Below, piece after piece: positions 49,680-63,246 of a DNA stretch of 64,000 nucleotides. Location: positions 5,518,001-5,582,000 of the forward strand of contig CM102283.1 of assembly GCA_046563655.1 (NCBI GenBank), read 5' to 3'. Origin of the DNA: Yuukianura sp. NJ FZ-2021 (Eukaryota). The translations under genes and the position numbers were made by a program. The notes below the pieces were generated by a model, which had not been told where the DNA came from, did no database searches, and saw nothing but the letters and a program-made list of their open reading frames with translations. The first letter of the stretch is position 1; each line of letters starts with the position of its first letter.

Positions 49680-52600
49680 TGCTGGTAATTGAATAAACCG
49701 GGTAATGGACGGCTACCAACTCCAAATTAATTGGAGGAGTAGATGCGTATATAAATAAGTGGTGATTGCTCTTTTGTTGTCTAATTGTGACTGAAGTAGA
49801 AGTAGAAATTGTATCTGAAGATGAAGTTGATTGGTGTTGTTTAGGATGTGTGTAGTGTAGCCGTTGGTTTAGTAGTTTTGTTGGGTAGTTGATGAATTCG
49901 TTGAACGAGTTATCGTCCCAGACAAGGTCATGCGAGTCGTCCAAACCCAATATAATCCAAGAGTTCCTGCTCCTGTTCCTATCCTACTGGGTCCGGAAGG
50001 AAAAGGAAGGTCAAACAAGGTAAGACGTAAGAGTGACCAATAGTAAAAGTATAGTAGGTTATGTAATTACCAAGTCGAAATTAAGTAGATGATTACAACT
50101 GCGAGGAGGTTCTTACTGACTTTGACTCATGACATGTGTAAGCGATATGTGGATGTCCATGGCGTAACAGTCACTGTATTAATTAGCGGACACCTTTTCA
50201 GATTGGATTAAGTACTGCGTTTGATGGTAAGATCCTCCAGAGACTGAGCTCCCACTCTAAGTTGACGGTAAGTAAGTAACGTGTATGAGGAGGTATGATA
50301 CGATGGTACTGCGAGTAGTTGTATGGACTAAAATAAACACTGACTACGGACTAAAAAGTGATTTGATTACTCTAGCACCAACCATGAGGAAAAGTGGAGC
50401 TTAAAAAGTGACGTCTGCCTGCCGCTGTCACTTCTTCCTAGGATGGGTGGGAACAGACTGTTTATTCGCAAACTCACACTAAACCATGAGGGGAAGTACA
50501 TCGCATAAAATTTCACAACATTTATTTTCCAAATTTAGTGCAATTCCGAAAAATTAGAATAGATTAACTCCAGAAGTTGTTATTTTAGCAATTAGTGCTC
50601 TTTCTCCATATTGTTTCTATGTTATTTTCTATCACGGGATCAAGTGGCGGAAAAATTCCATTAATTAGTATGGAAGTTAGCATAAAGTCGTCATTATTTA
50701 GGCGCGAAAGATGTAACACCTCTCATTATTAGGCGTTGGGAACCTGTATCAATTTAACTAAATCGTGGAATTCCCTTGAAATTCCCTTGTGAATATTTTT
50801 TTAGGTTTAAATTTCGACAGTTATCCTTTATGATCATAACCCTTGTTTAAGAATTTGGGTAGAGTAGGGTAGAAATTTACTTCGCACAAACAACTTAAAA
50901 TATTTAAGTATGCTTACAATATTCGTAATATTTAAGCTTCTGGAAAACAGCAGAATGAATGTCCACTTGAGTTTACTGTTATTAGATAAGAAACCTTCGA
51001 CGATTGACAAATGCAATTGTCATATGACGAGCCATGGCATGTCATGTGAGTCATAGTTTATTTAGCTCATTGCCTGAGGAAGCTGCGGTAATCAGAAGTT
51101 AGCTTTTAGGACACTCCATTTCCACTGTTTTCAAATTGTAACATGGCAGATAATTTTTGTCGCCAAACATTTTGGAACTTAATACAAACCAACTTTTACG
51201 ACGTAATGGCATAAGTGGCTAACGAGGAGTGGCTTTCAATGGCTTCTCAAAACAACTAAAATTCTGTGAATTGCAACACGTTTCTTATAATTAAAAAGAA
51301 ATTTTGGCACTAACGTAAGTAAGTTTGATTTGCGAACGGGATTAGAAATTATGCCTATACGTGGAATCGAACCCTCAGTCATGGCGGTTTTTTTAAAGTT
51401 CTCAAATGGTTAATTAAAACGTTAAAAAAAATAGAAAGCTTATTAAGTGGACCTGGGTTTCACATATAAAAGAAATTGAAATGAATTTTGAGTTTTTGAT
51501 TCACACTGATACGTAGCCGTTTACGTTTGAAAAAAAATTAACGCGTAAATTGCGCTCGCTGGGGTTAGATTCCATGAAGGGACGTAAAATTTTTTCGAGC
51601 TAACAAATCAAATTAGTCCCAGGAAAAATTTTCAATGATAAAATTCTTTGCCATCAACCGAATTGCTTTGTGGAAACAGTTGAAAGCCACTCCTCGTAAG
51701 TTAAGTTGGGGTGCGCATCCGAAAAAAAAATTGTGTGGCTACAAATGGCGTAGAAGTTTGATCACTTCAATTTTTTGCCAATTGTAATTAATGTAACAAA
51801 TGTTAATTCTTTTCCAAACTAAAAGCAGTGTTAATGTAATTGAACATGGTGATAGGCCCAGGGTGGCCTTGATTGACCATTCCCTTGAACTTGAGTAAAC
51901 AAGTTGACCTTTCAAATTCCGCTATTTTCCAATAGAATTTTCAAGTTCAATGTTTCCGGAAACTTATTGTCATACGGCTTCCTACAAAAAAGAAGATGAC
52001 CTCGAAAAGAGGTGTTCATAATTCCTATTTGCAACGGCTCACAACAGATCATGAACGAACTGTTTTTATGTCCCACTTTGTTTTCTGTTAGCTTGCATTC
52101 TTTTGATCAATTCCCAAAAGTTTGCATTTTATAAATCAAATTTACGTGTGACACTTCAGGAGTCACTGTTTGTGTTTCCTGATGCCCATGAACAAGCGCT
52201 CGTCAATTTCCACTACTCACTCCAAAAGAACCCCTCAAACACTCAAGGCCATTTGTAATTAACTAGTAATCAATTAACCAATCCAAATTCACAGGTCATC
52301 CGTATCCAAGTTATTCCAATGACATTGACTTGTCCAGCAATCGATTTACATGATTCTTTCCTCTTTTCAACTTCTTGTTTCGACAGAACACTTTGAATTT
52401 ATTCAACAATTTCTAAGAATGTTAGATCACTCGGCAGATTTCCCAGCATCATTCGTGCCTTTTTTTTTGTTGTAGTGTCAATTTTTACATTTATTCAAAA
52501 ATGTTCATGGTATCAAGCAAAGTACAAAGGGATGCTGACGTGCAAAGTTTAGAATTAGAAATGGAAATTCCACTTTTGATGTTGTTAGCTGACGTGACGC

Positions 52601-54090
52601 CAACGCTTTTCCTTTAAGAAGATTTTAGGTGTGATTTGTAGGTAGGTTAACTTAAGTTTTAAATAAATTTCGCAAGAGATTGTTGCTCTTGAAATTACAG
52701 CTTTTCTTCTTTTTTCGTAATCTTGTAAATCTCAAATTTGTGAACTTCCAACACAAAAGACCAAAATTTTCCAAATCGGCTTATGGGGAGAAACCAGTTG
52801 CGAAACACAAGGAAAGTGAAACTACTTTTCATATTTCCCGAACAACATCAATTAACAAAATATAATTTGATTCACGTTTTCACCTTCAACCGAGGAAAAT
52901 GCATTTACAAGGTTAAAACGTAAATCGGACTGATTTTGTAACATTACACTGGCAAATAGATATCACCGACTTATGTTTCGGTTATAACTTTGGCTGGAGT
53001 TTATACACTGAATCTGATGAGATAACCTATATCCTTATGTAGCCCTGTGATCTGATTGGCACACTTATCTATGTTGCAATTACTAAAAGTTAACTAGGTT
53101 CAAGTTCAACGGATAAGAGACGTTTCGCAGTAGCTCATTTGCAAAATTAGTTGCTGCATATATTAAAAAAATTTAAGAATCAAGATCTTCTGTTGGCGTA
53201 CGAGTAAATTTTTTTGTAGTAATTTTTTTTAGTAATTAACTGGAAAGTTGACGCCACTTTGAAGCGTGTCCGGATCGAAACGCTTTTGTACGATTTAACG
53301 ATGAAAATGTAAAAACTGAATGAAAATGAAACTTTTTATAGGCTTCAATAACCTTGACATGAAAACATGAAAATAGAAAACACGTAATACCCTAATACCC
53401 AGCTCAAATTAATTCCGTACATCCGGTTCCATTCCGATCCGACTGTGTTCCCCAAAACCTAACATTTTTGATAAACCTAATAATTATCAGTGCAGTGTTA
53501 TTTTTGCAGAACAAAACAAAAACTTTATTGTTGACATTTTTTCTAAAATGTTGCATGTAAACACTATTGAGAACGTATAATTTCCTTTGTAGTGTTTTGT
53601 ATTTACACTTATTTCGTTAGTTATATTTTCTAAACGATAAAAATCCAGGTACTTTTGTGGTCAGATTGGGGAATTTATTGTTCAGAATTTGTGCTTTGCT
53701 GGTAAGTGCCGTATCAGAGGATGTGAAATTCCATTGTGGTTTTTCACTCGAAAGTGGATCTTTTGTTTGAAAACTAAACACAAACAGCAAAAAGAGCAAA
53801 CAGGGATATCCGTTCTACCTCGGGTGGATTCAACGGAGAAGGCATTACTCATCATCTGGTGTTTCTTGTTCACGTCTTCAATCAATCGAACATGAATCAT
53901 CACTTCATCACACCTTACTCAGGTAGGGTCCATAGGTGACATAACCCTGGTCACCTCCCTTAGTCGCCCTGTCGCCAGCAACTGGGCAAGAAGTGACAGC
54001 GACAAGCTGGACTGGACACACGGACACAGGTCAGTTTATACTTGGAATTGGAATCTACTGGACATCTCCACATAAATTAGTGGGACAACG

Positions 54091-57000
54091 ATGCCCAGTA
54101 AACATCCGCATTACCAGCAACAGTCAACCACCGACGAAGCTCCCCTGCTGTTTGATGACGAGGCATTCCAGAATGGAATTACCTTCAATGTTAAGGTTAA
54201 CATTCTTAATCTGTTATTGAGTGAAGCTGGAAAATAATGTATAATTATCACATGTTGATTTCATGATTAAGTTATTGATTGAATTCGATTGTATTGTTTC
54301 ATTACAGCTGATTGGATCAATGGATATTCCAAGACCAATGAGCAGGGTCGAGATTGTCGCGGCCATGAGAAGAGTCAGGGTAAGTAATTGCAAAAGCCAC
54401 TGAAACCTGTTAAACTAACCGTTGTTTACCTCTTGTCATTTGTTTACATTTGGTGTTAGCTGGAGTACAAGTCCAAGGGAGTCAAGAAGCGGAAGGTTGT
54501 CTTGTCTGTGGGGGTCAACGGGGTCAAAACTTCGTTGAAAATTAAGAAGAAACGGGTATCGAAGAACTCAATACTAACCGTTTAAAACCTACTTATATTT
54601 AAAACTGCTTGTCGATGCGAATAGTTCCTGGGAATTATCTGACCAATATAAAGTCAGTGTCATTAAATGTTTAATTATGGTTGTCAAACTGACTTTCAGA
54701 GACAGGTATTACTTTTTCAAGTTGGTATTGATTGTGATACACTGTACTTTTGGTAGGTTCAGGCCACAGCTGTAGGAGACTGAGACATCCAATAGTACAT
54801 AGTTCCTGGAACGATATGGCTTTGTTTACTAATGTCATTGTTTTATTGTATTTTTCAGAAGCATCATCTCAAATACCGAAATAATTCACAGCAACGGGAC
54901 GAGATAACACTCCAGCACCATCCAATTTACAGGTACGATTATGAAGCAGCTTACTTCTACCGATATCTCAAATGGTTATCGCACAACCGATCAAGATTCA
55001 ATGACACAGCTTTTCATATATTTGTTTTTGAGAGTGCTGAATACGAATTGTTAAAATAATTCCATGTATTTTCTGTGTGTTTCTAGGATTTTTTACGTGT
55101 CACATGATTCGCAGGATGTAAAAGTGTTCAGTTACATCGCTCGCGAGAGTTCTTCCAATGTGTTCCATTGTTGTGTGTTCAAAGCAAATAAGAAGGTGAG
55201 TAAAAAATCTTGGCTCATTTCCTACTTGCTATATTTTATATAATTAATTATGAATTCGGTGTGTCCTTGATTCTTGAGTGAGTGGAGACTGTCGCCGGGC
55301 GTGGAAGATTTATCATTCGCAAGGCTAATTTACAGATCATTTACTGAGTTCAATCTTTGACTTATCATTTTCCATCTGTGCGAAATCCTTCCTCTCCATC
55401 GTCCTCCATTTTATTCCACTTCCTTGGCTCTATCTTCATCTGATCCTATTCTTTGCGTCGCAGAAATAATGAATGCAAAAATGGAGACATGCCAAAAAAG
55501 ATTTTCGAGTTTATTAATAATCCCACTACGACTGCACAACAGATTTTAAGTTACAGTCGTTCAGTATTTTTAGAACGTCTCATCTACCAACAACAAATCA
55601 ACAATGCATTCGATTCTCTACAAACAACATAAAACACGACAATCTGTGACACAAGAACACTCCAGTTCCAGTAGCAAGTCCCAAGGTCCGCAGCATCCTG
55701 TGCACTCGTCCTTTAGTTTCAACAGTAAACAACAACTATCGCAACAGAATTCGGAGTCACTCCGGGAAAAGTCACAAACACTGCCTCATCAGCGGACAAC
55801 GAAGACACCATTGCTCCAGCATGAATTAAGTCTGGACAAGTTCCTTCAAGTCCAACAACAATCAAATACAAAATCCCAGTCACAAAACCATAACCAAGCA
55901 CAGAAAAGCCCAAGCGCTAAGACACAACAACGTGAATTGAGCCCTCGTCCAGATAAAAGTCCTAAAAAATCAAGTCCAAGATCGCACTCGCAGTCACACT
56001 TCGAACAGCTTTTTTCAAAACCAAATGCTCAATCGCAGCATGAAGACAATTTGGAAAAATTTCTCCAGAGTCAACAAGCTCGAAGCCCAACGAAAACACA
56101 TGGAGGAAAGTCTCAATCGCAGCACGAATTAAATTTAGAAAAGTTTCTGCAAGGGCAGCAATCAAATGCAAAATCAGAACAGCAACAAAGAAAGAAAATT
56201 TCTTTTGAACCTCAAGGCAACGAAACTCTTCATCCAAGTCCAAGTCCAGGCTCCAAGGAATCCGATGTTAGTTTTACTAAAGGGCAAACGACTTAGGTCT
56301 TGCGTTGCAAAACGTTTTTGTTACGTCGTCGCGTTATTTGATATTTTCTTGCTTGCGTCGCTGCTGTGTAGCCGTTGATCATAATATGATAGTAAATTTT
56401 GTTTTGGTTTCAGAAACAAGCCCTCCGGATTGTAAGGACTATTGGTCAAGGTAATGCCGAGGCGATTTAGCGTTTTAAATTCATGTGCTAAATGTGTAAT
56501 GTAAAGATCAAAGTGTGCTCAACTTAGCATTTCGTTTGTATTTCAGCTTTCGAAGTTTCTCACAAATTGAATTCTCCTGCCGGTGTAGAGGAGGAAAATG
56601 GGCAAAGGACGACGACGGAATCACCGAATGAAGGTAACGATTTCAAAATAACGATAATTTTATGTCGATTCGATGATTTGAAGCATAAATTGGCTACTTT
56701 CCATTATATTTACATCGTTTTTTCAATTCACTAGGTTCCGAGTCGTCGCAGCGCGTTGAAAATTCTCCAATACTTGCAGGTTCAAAGAAACCGCTTATCT
56801 CAACCCTGTCTTCCAAACATCGTCCACCAGCTTTACAGGTAGATCGAATTTTAAGTAACGGTTCGAATTTGGCACTGCTTTTTTAATCATATTTCATGTC
56901 AAAAATTACTTACTATGCCAAAATTTTACAGAATACGTGGGCCAAGCAGGCAACAGATTCGCCGACTGAATTTAAATCGCATGATCATCAGCTCCAACTG

Positions 57001-57915
57001 CTAAGGGAGCAACTGGAACAAGAGGCTCTGAATACTCAGGCAGCTATGAGTCAGCTAAACCTACTACGCGAACAACTTAGCACGGAAATGAGTGCACGGA
57101 TTGAGGCTGAAAACAGGAACAAGCAGCTACTGAATCACAACAAGGAACTGCTGAACCATCTCCATGTTCTTGTGTCTCACATTCAGGAACTGGAAGGGAG
57201 GCCAAGAGACTTTGCTCAATTGCCTTCCACCAAAGGATCAACATCAGGATCACCACAGGTAAATACTTGCCAGTATTTTCTAGAAGTGGGTGTGAACTTA
57301 CTTATTCCGCTCACAATGCATGCACACTACCAGATTTGTGTGGTTATTTTAATTCCTTAATGTATTAATTTGGTAAACATCCGGCATGTAATACGGAATG
57401 TCGATGTACCCGCAATTGCGCAAACTTCCGGTTATGCTTCCAATGCGGAAGTATTGCTTCCGTTTGTGACCTTTAACCTCATATGATTTTGCGTTTGTGT
57501 TTTGCTGAATTTTTGGTGAAATGCTTTGACGAGTGCCGAAGTTAACTCGAAATAGAGTCTTTGGTTTCATAAATTTCAGAACCCGTCGCCCGGTCCGCAT
57601 CAGCATCAACCAACAGCTCTCACTCCCTCGTCATCTCTCCTCCTACAGTCCAGTTTACTGGAGCTAATCGAGTCTCAGCTTCATCGTTTCTACAACAGTC
57701 CAAATCTAGTCGTTGGCAATCAGCATCTCGAAGCCGGAAGTGCAACAACTCCTGTCCACAAAAGCGTCAAGTTGCCAGCAGAGCTGCTGAAACCTCCTGA
57801 GAATGTTTCCCAAGTCAAGAGTGCTCTCATAAGTCGCTCTGTCAGTGAAAAGTGTCACAGGGAACTACCACAACTGGAAAGAACGAGCGCCTGGATGCGA
57901 CACACTACAAAATAA
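54091..57915 (+). CDS. NOS1AP: CAPON / NOS1AP / DYC-1-like PTB adaptor, multi-exon
   Basis: MPSK...[37 protein letters not shown]|...[25 protein letters not shown]...[16 protein letters not shown] (CAPON PTB). Coiled coil [12 protein letters not shown]...EMSARIEAE; terminal exon 57580-57915 ends SRSVSEK...WMRHTTK*. Confidence 0.92.
55604..56266 (+). CDS. Putative alternative first exon of CAPON (Q/S/K-rich, three QHExxL(E/D)KFLQ repeats)
   Basis: 230-codon ORF in a CAPON intron. Inr-like TCAGTA at 55561; phase-0 donor GTTAGT at 56267 matches the phase-0 exon at 56414. Confidence 0.55.
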
Positions 57916-58331
57916 CGTCCTAAACCTACCTCTACTGTTATTCCCTATGCCTAGGTCTAACTCTTTAGAACTTATAACGGCCTTTGCGACTATAAATATC
58001 GAAAGTGACTCTCTGCTTTAATCTATTCTCGCCACAAACAGAAATTAATAAGGTAGACGTTCGGGGCGTGGTTATTATGCCAGTGCCAACTCGCGCAAAC
58101 CGTAATAACTCTCAAATCCAAAACCGTACAACCTCTACTTTTTTGAATAAAAACGACGACGAATGATTTTAAACATAAGTCGACTAATCTTAAGGTCACA
58201 AACGGAAAAATAAGAATTTACACGATGCTATGATGCTAAGCTACTTCTAAGAAAAGTCCGAAATTTTGACTCGTTTTAGAATTTTTTTTTAGTTTGAATT
58301 TGAAATCAACTTTTTTTGTTTTGTTTTTTAG

Positions 58332-58547
58332 TTGACGCCTCGTTCAAAAGTTGAGCGCTGGTTTGTTCTGTCGAGTGGAGGACCGTTTGAGACGCCTGAA
58401 GAGGTCAAAGGTGACAAAAGGCGTCAAATGTCCACTGAATCGGGATTTGTATCACAGCGAAACATTCTCACTTCTCTCTGGAAGAGGGTCAAGATGAGGA
58501 GACGCAGAATCCGAAAATGGCGCCAACGGTCGGTCGTCACCGTTTGA
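58332..58547 (+). CDS. Putative alternative terminal exon of CAPON
   Basis: Strong polypyrimidine tract and AG at 58330-58331. Phase 0, like exon 57580; 71-codon open frame ending RSVVTV*. Confidence 0.5.
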   Translation: MTPRSKVERWFVLSSGGPFETPEEVKGDKRRQMSTESGFVSQRNILTSLWKRVKMRRRRIRKWRQRSVVTV

Positions 58548-59568
58548 ACAATCCGACAGTTGCTTATTACTCTATCCGTACCAGCATCCAGCTAAATACT
58601 ACCAATTACATCGACTGATGATCACTGAAAACGACATGTTTTCAATTTTCAAATGAAGCGCTGCGCAATCCTAGTGAAGAATCCTACTGGACTCTTGTTG
58701 TTTGAAGCTTTAACTTACATAATTTGCATTTTTGTTAAGTTTGTAAACATTTTTAATTATTGTGAACAACGTTGTTATAACTCATTATGCTAAATCTTTG
58801 CTACTTTTTATATGCTTTACAAAAGTTACACCTTGCTGCCTTTTTGACTTTTTAGTAAACTGTGAATTTTCTAGATTTCAAAAAGTAGAGTACGTTTTTT
58901 AGGTTGCTGTTTGACCATCAAGGTCACCTACATTAAGCTCAAGCTAGTTTAACTCGAAATTTTGTTTACTTTTTCTTAACAGGTTACACTATAACTCCTT
59001 GTTTCTCAAATTTTCAAACTTTTTGAACCGCACATCTGATACTGCTCCGTTGCCTTTAACAATTGAAATTCAAAACTATGATTCAGCAAGGTGCAAATTA
59101 AAAAATTTCAAAAAACTATTGTGAAAATCAACAAAATTTGGTACAAAAGTTGTTTTTTCGTGTTTAAAAAAACTCGGAGTTATGACATAACCTGTAAAAG
59201 CATTTGTATGAATGGTCGCTATTGCAAACCTTGACAAAGATGCTCAATGTAGTTTACAACTGTTGCATAAACCATTTTTCCGATTTCCACAAAAAAATAC
59301 TTAAACTTGATCTTTCACCCTGAAGTTGTCCACAATTTACCTTTCGGAACAATTTACTTTTAGGAGGAATTGGTTTGGTGGCAATACATTTGGAGCATTT
59401 TCATTCTGTTTACTAACTTTAACTCTAGTTTAAGGAAAATTATGGAATTAGTGGATAGTCGAATACACTGGAATAATTTATTAATAATTGCATAGGGAGG
59501 GGTTTAGAGAGAGATGTAATTGGGGTGGAGATGATGCTGGGAATTTGGGTGTGAAATGTGGATGTATC

Positions 59569-61933
59569 CGTGGGAACTAATTTTTTTGGTGTGAATTCTT
59601 GTGTCCTTTTCCCTATGCATTATCATTTAGTCTCTCTTTTCTTCAACCGGATGACCTCATCTTTCGCATTTCTCACACGCATATCCCAATCCCAATTCCC
59701 AGGGAATAACTAAAGATGAGGTTGGATGGTGGTGGGTCCCACCCAAGTTCCCATGGGATCTCTTCTGCTCAATAACCACCTCATCACCCCTCTTCTTCTT
59801 CATCTTCTCAAGTCCAACTTGGAAGAAATAGAACGGGATTCGGGTGTCGGAGGATAAAAAAGTTCTGGAGATGCCAAGGAGACCTTGCCTCTCATTCTCC
59901 CCTGTCTTTTGCCTAACTTTTAGTACTGAGGAGCCCAACTTCAACTAAAAGACCGGGATGAAGAAGATTCTAGCGTGGGAAAATCTCAACGACGACCTTT
60001 CATCCCAAATTCAAAACCAAGGAATTCCATCCCATCATTCTCCCAAAAAATAAGAAGACGAAGGAACCAAGAAAAAACCACCAAAACAAAATGAAAATAA
60101 AGAAATGTAGGAATAAAGGATTCCTTTTGAGAGTTGCGTCGTCCGGCTTAAGGGCCTCTCTTTTTGAGTAGTGGTCAAAGGACAACGAAGTCCAAGGGCC
60201 CTCCTACTTCAAAATTTTGAAAGAAAAGGAAACATAGCTCTACTTTTACAGAAAATATTACTTGGGAACAAATGACCTTCGACCTCCATGAATCTTAGGT
60301 TTTTCGGTATTAGTGAAAGTTCCATGAGAATGAATCGAATTTTATTTCGTAATCGTGTAAAGTCTTGTGAGTTACCTCTTTTGCTATAACTTATTCTGGA
60401 GCAGGAAACTAATTATGTCTGAATTACCCGAGTAGGCGGCTATATCTGAAAAAAATTTAAAAAAAACTCGATTAGTTTCATTTTTTGGATTAAGTGTAGA
60501 CTTAAATTAGAGGATTTACGGTAAATTTTATAAGTTTAAAACATTTTTGAGCAAATTTTAAAACTTACGAAGCGGACTCCAGCCGTCGCGATTTGCCAAG
60601 GTCACGTTTGCTCCTAAATTGATCAGTAGCTGAACCTGAAAAAGAAAATTATCAAAAATTTAAGTACAGCGCCGATAATGCATTTTGAGAATGAAAAATA
60701 TTAAATTCGGAAACTTTTTAAAAAACTTAAAATTTTGAAAACTGTTAGCAGAAACTGCGGCTGAATTTTCTACGACTTTTTCATGCGCTAGATATTTTAG
60801 TGGATGAGATTTTTTAGTAACTTTAAATTTTTACTCAAAGTTGCGTTTAAAGTTTGAAATTGTACTTGAATCATGTTTATGTTTGAAATCGTGAACCAAA
60901 CTTACTATTTCAATTCGATTTGCGAGAATTGCGAGATGAAGCAAAGTGTGTCCACGTTCGTCCATTGAGTCAATCTTCTGTCTATTCCGTTTCAACAATT
61001 CTTCAAGACGACTAATGTTCACGGACTGAAGCCACTGCGACGGATCCTACAAATCAAAAATATTTAGTGACGAATCTATCTCAAACAAGTTTTACTTCCT
61101 AAAAAATTGAATTTGTTTCACTTCAAAATTGCAGTTTTAATAAATTTTCTGAAATTTTAATTTAATTTGAATTCACCTGTAGCTCTCCTGCAGCGATCCA
61201 GTTGTGAAGAAAGAAATGATGATTGTTTTGTTGTGCAGAGACAGAAGACGGTGAAGATGAAGATGGTGAAGATTGTGGAGGTTGTGAGGATGAGTTTGTT
61301 GATGATGATTTTTCCATCAAGTGATTCCGGATACACTTCATTGCTTAAACTCGTGACTAAATTGCGGAATGATTGCAACGACTCTCTGATTGTTTCTACT
61401 GGCCAAAGGTCAAAGGTCAAGTGTGGATGGTTTAAGTCTTTAGTTCAGTCTTGATGAGGCCATGCCTTGAGGCCTCTTCGGATGATCTTTCCCACACACC
61501 TTCCTCTGTGGAGGGCCAGAGAATGAATGAAATTGAGTTTGGTCCAATGCAATTTAAGGCTCCTCATCTTCAGCCCAATTTCATCCCCACATTCCCAAGC
61601 GCATCTTCACTTCTCACACTCTCCCCCTCTCAGTCAATCGCTACAATTTACTTTTTGTTCAATTAAATAACAACAACAATTAATTCAATTCAAATTATTT
61701 ACATTTTCAAATTGCACATGCTCTGAGGGTATAATAACCCGCCTGTCAAAAATATTTACTTCAAACGATGAAAATCCTGATAAAAAATTAATTAAAAATC
61801 TCTTCTTTTTTTTTTCGTAAATCGTCCAAATATTTACTTGTTTAGCATTATAAGGGCATAAATAAATACTAAAATAAATACCTTAGTTAAGTAGAAAAAA
61901 AAATTAAAAATATTAATATTACCGGCGTGAGAA
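59569..61933. promoter_or_regulatory. Cluster of six Su(H)/CSL sites (YGTGRGAA) flanking Nrarp, plus a perfect DR1 at 61407-61419
   Basis: CGTGGGAA 59569 and 59974; TTCTCACA 59670 and 61611; TTCCCACA 61489; CGTGAGAA 61926; AGGTCAAAGGTCA 61407. Confidence 0.65.
60384..61317 (-). CDS. Nrarp: Notch-regulated ankyrin repeat protein-like, 136 aa (exons 61317-61177, 61046-60906, 60635-60569, 60445-60384)
   Basis: Small three-ankyrin protein. GHTLLHLAILANRIEIVQLLINLGANVTLANRDGWSPLHIAAYSGNSDIISFLL matches vertebrate NRARP (LANRDGWSALHIAAFGGHQDIVLYLI). Exon lengths sum to 411 nt in frame. Confidence 0.82.
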
Positions 61934-62469
61934 AATCTAAAAATATCTGGTTAGCAAAAAAAAACATCCGAAAACATTTTGAGTGAGAAGATTTAATATT
62001 TTTGACACGTCTGATAATCACTTTACTAAAAACAATGTTGTTTTTATGAGTTCTTTAGCTTTAAGGCATAACACCATTCGACATTTTCATGGTCGGAAAG
62101 TTCATATACTTCCAAAACTCTGAAAAACATTTTAAACATATCGAAAAATATTTTTTTTTTACAGAATGATAGTCTTTCTTAACCCAATTTTTCTTTGAAG
62201 CCTTCGTTATTCAATTATACTTATCCATTCTCACTTCCCGTTCTCACCCCAATCAATTGGTTTTGTGAAAGAGATGGAGAACAATTGAAATATTGCGGCT
62301 TTCCCATGCATCTCTCCCCATGTTAAAACTTTCAAAGTTTTGAATGAACATGGTTTTGAAGGTCGTTGGCCGTTGGTTTAGTTTTGTAATACTCAAAACC
62401 GTCCGTTTCCCATGGAACACTTTCAGGATTTTGCCAACGGACAACAATTTAGCAGACGAAAAAGAGAGA

Positions 62470-62533
62470 GGGTTGCAGGATTCGAACCCTCACCCCTCTT
62501 CATGAGAACGGACACGTAGAACCAGAAGACAAC
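62470..62533 (-). mobile_element. Possible tRNA-derived SINE head
   Basis: B-box GGTTCGAATCC (minus strand, 62478-62488) in a tRNA-sized segment without a convincing cloverleaf. Confidence 0.35.
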
Positions 62534-63246
62534 GGAAAGACACGCGACAGAAACAACAAAGACTCAATCACAATGATTGACCCACCACGTGCCCCACCAA
62601 CAAAGACTCAATCAGATCCACCACATGCCCCACCAAATGTGACAATGAAAGCGTCTCACCGCTTGATTACTCGCTTTATTTCCTTCTATCAAAGGTGTTT
62701 TAGTGGAGCAGACTCTGTTCTACTACATTCTAAAAATATTTGTTATACAGTTATACGTTTTCTTTAAGCTTATTCTTATCCCCTTCATTTAGTTAGCATG
62801 AAATGGAACTGTCATTCGTAAAGAATAACTGCGTCGGTGTCGCCCTTTGGAAGACTAAAAACTGCTTGACAGTGACAATTTCTGGATTCTTTGTTTTAAA
62901 AGCCATGGTTTGCATTTCTCCCCGATTTGAGCAAAAATTAGACTTTGTTTTTGCGCGAATAGTTGTATTTTTTTCGTGTGTAGGATTTAAATAGTATTTC
63001 ATCCCTTTCGTTTTTATAATATTTTCTTTAGTTACTCTTGACGTATTTGGAATTTATATTTTTAGTTAGGTACTCTCATCGCTCTCTCTAAAATGTAAAG
63101 CAGGATTATCCGCATCCCAAGTAATTTGTCGACTAGAAATTCCCGCCCTGACAAGAACTGCCCTTGCGTGACGAAAAGCGTAGTAAGGAGCCTCATTCAA
63201 CGAGGCGCGAAGATTGGCAGAGGTTCACAAATGACTCTTTTTAAAT

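Noticed and set aside
49453-49950. 165-aa ORF overlapping NPC1 exon 1
   Set aside because: Non-ATG start in an alternative frame; the signal-peptide frame explains the region.
62470-62533. tRNA gene
   Set aside because: Only the B-box is convincing; acceptor and D stems could not be formed. Kept as a low-confidence SINE head.
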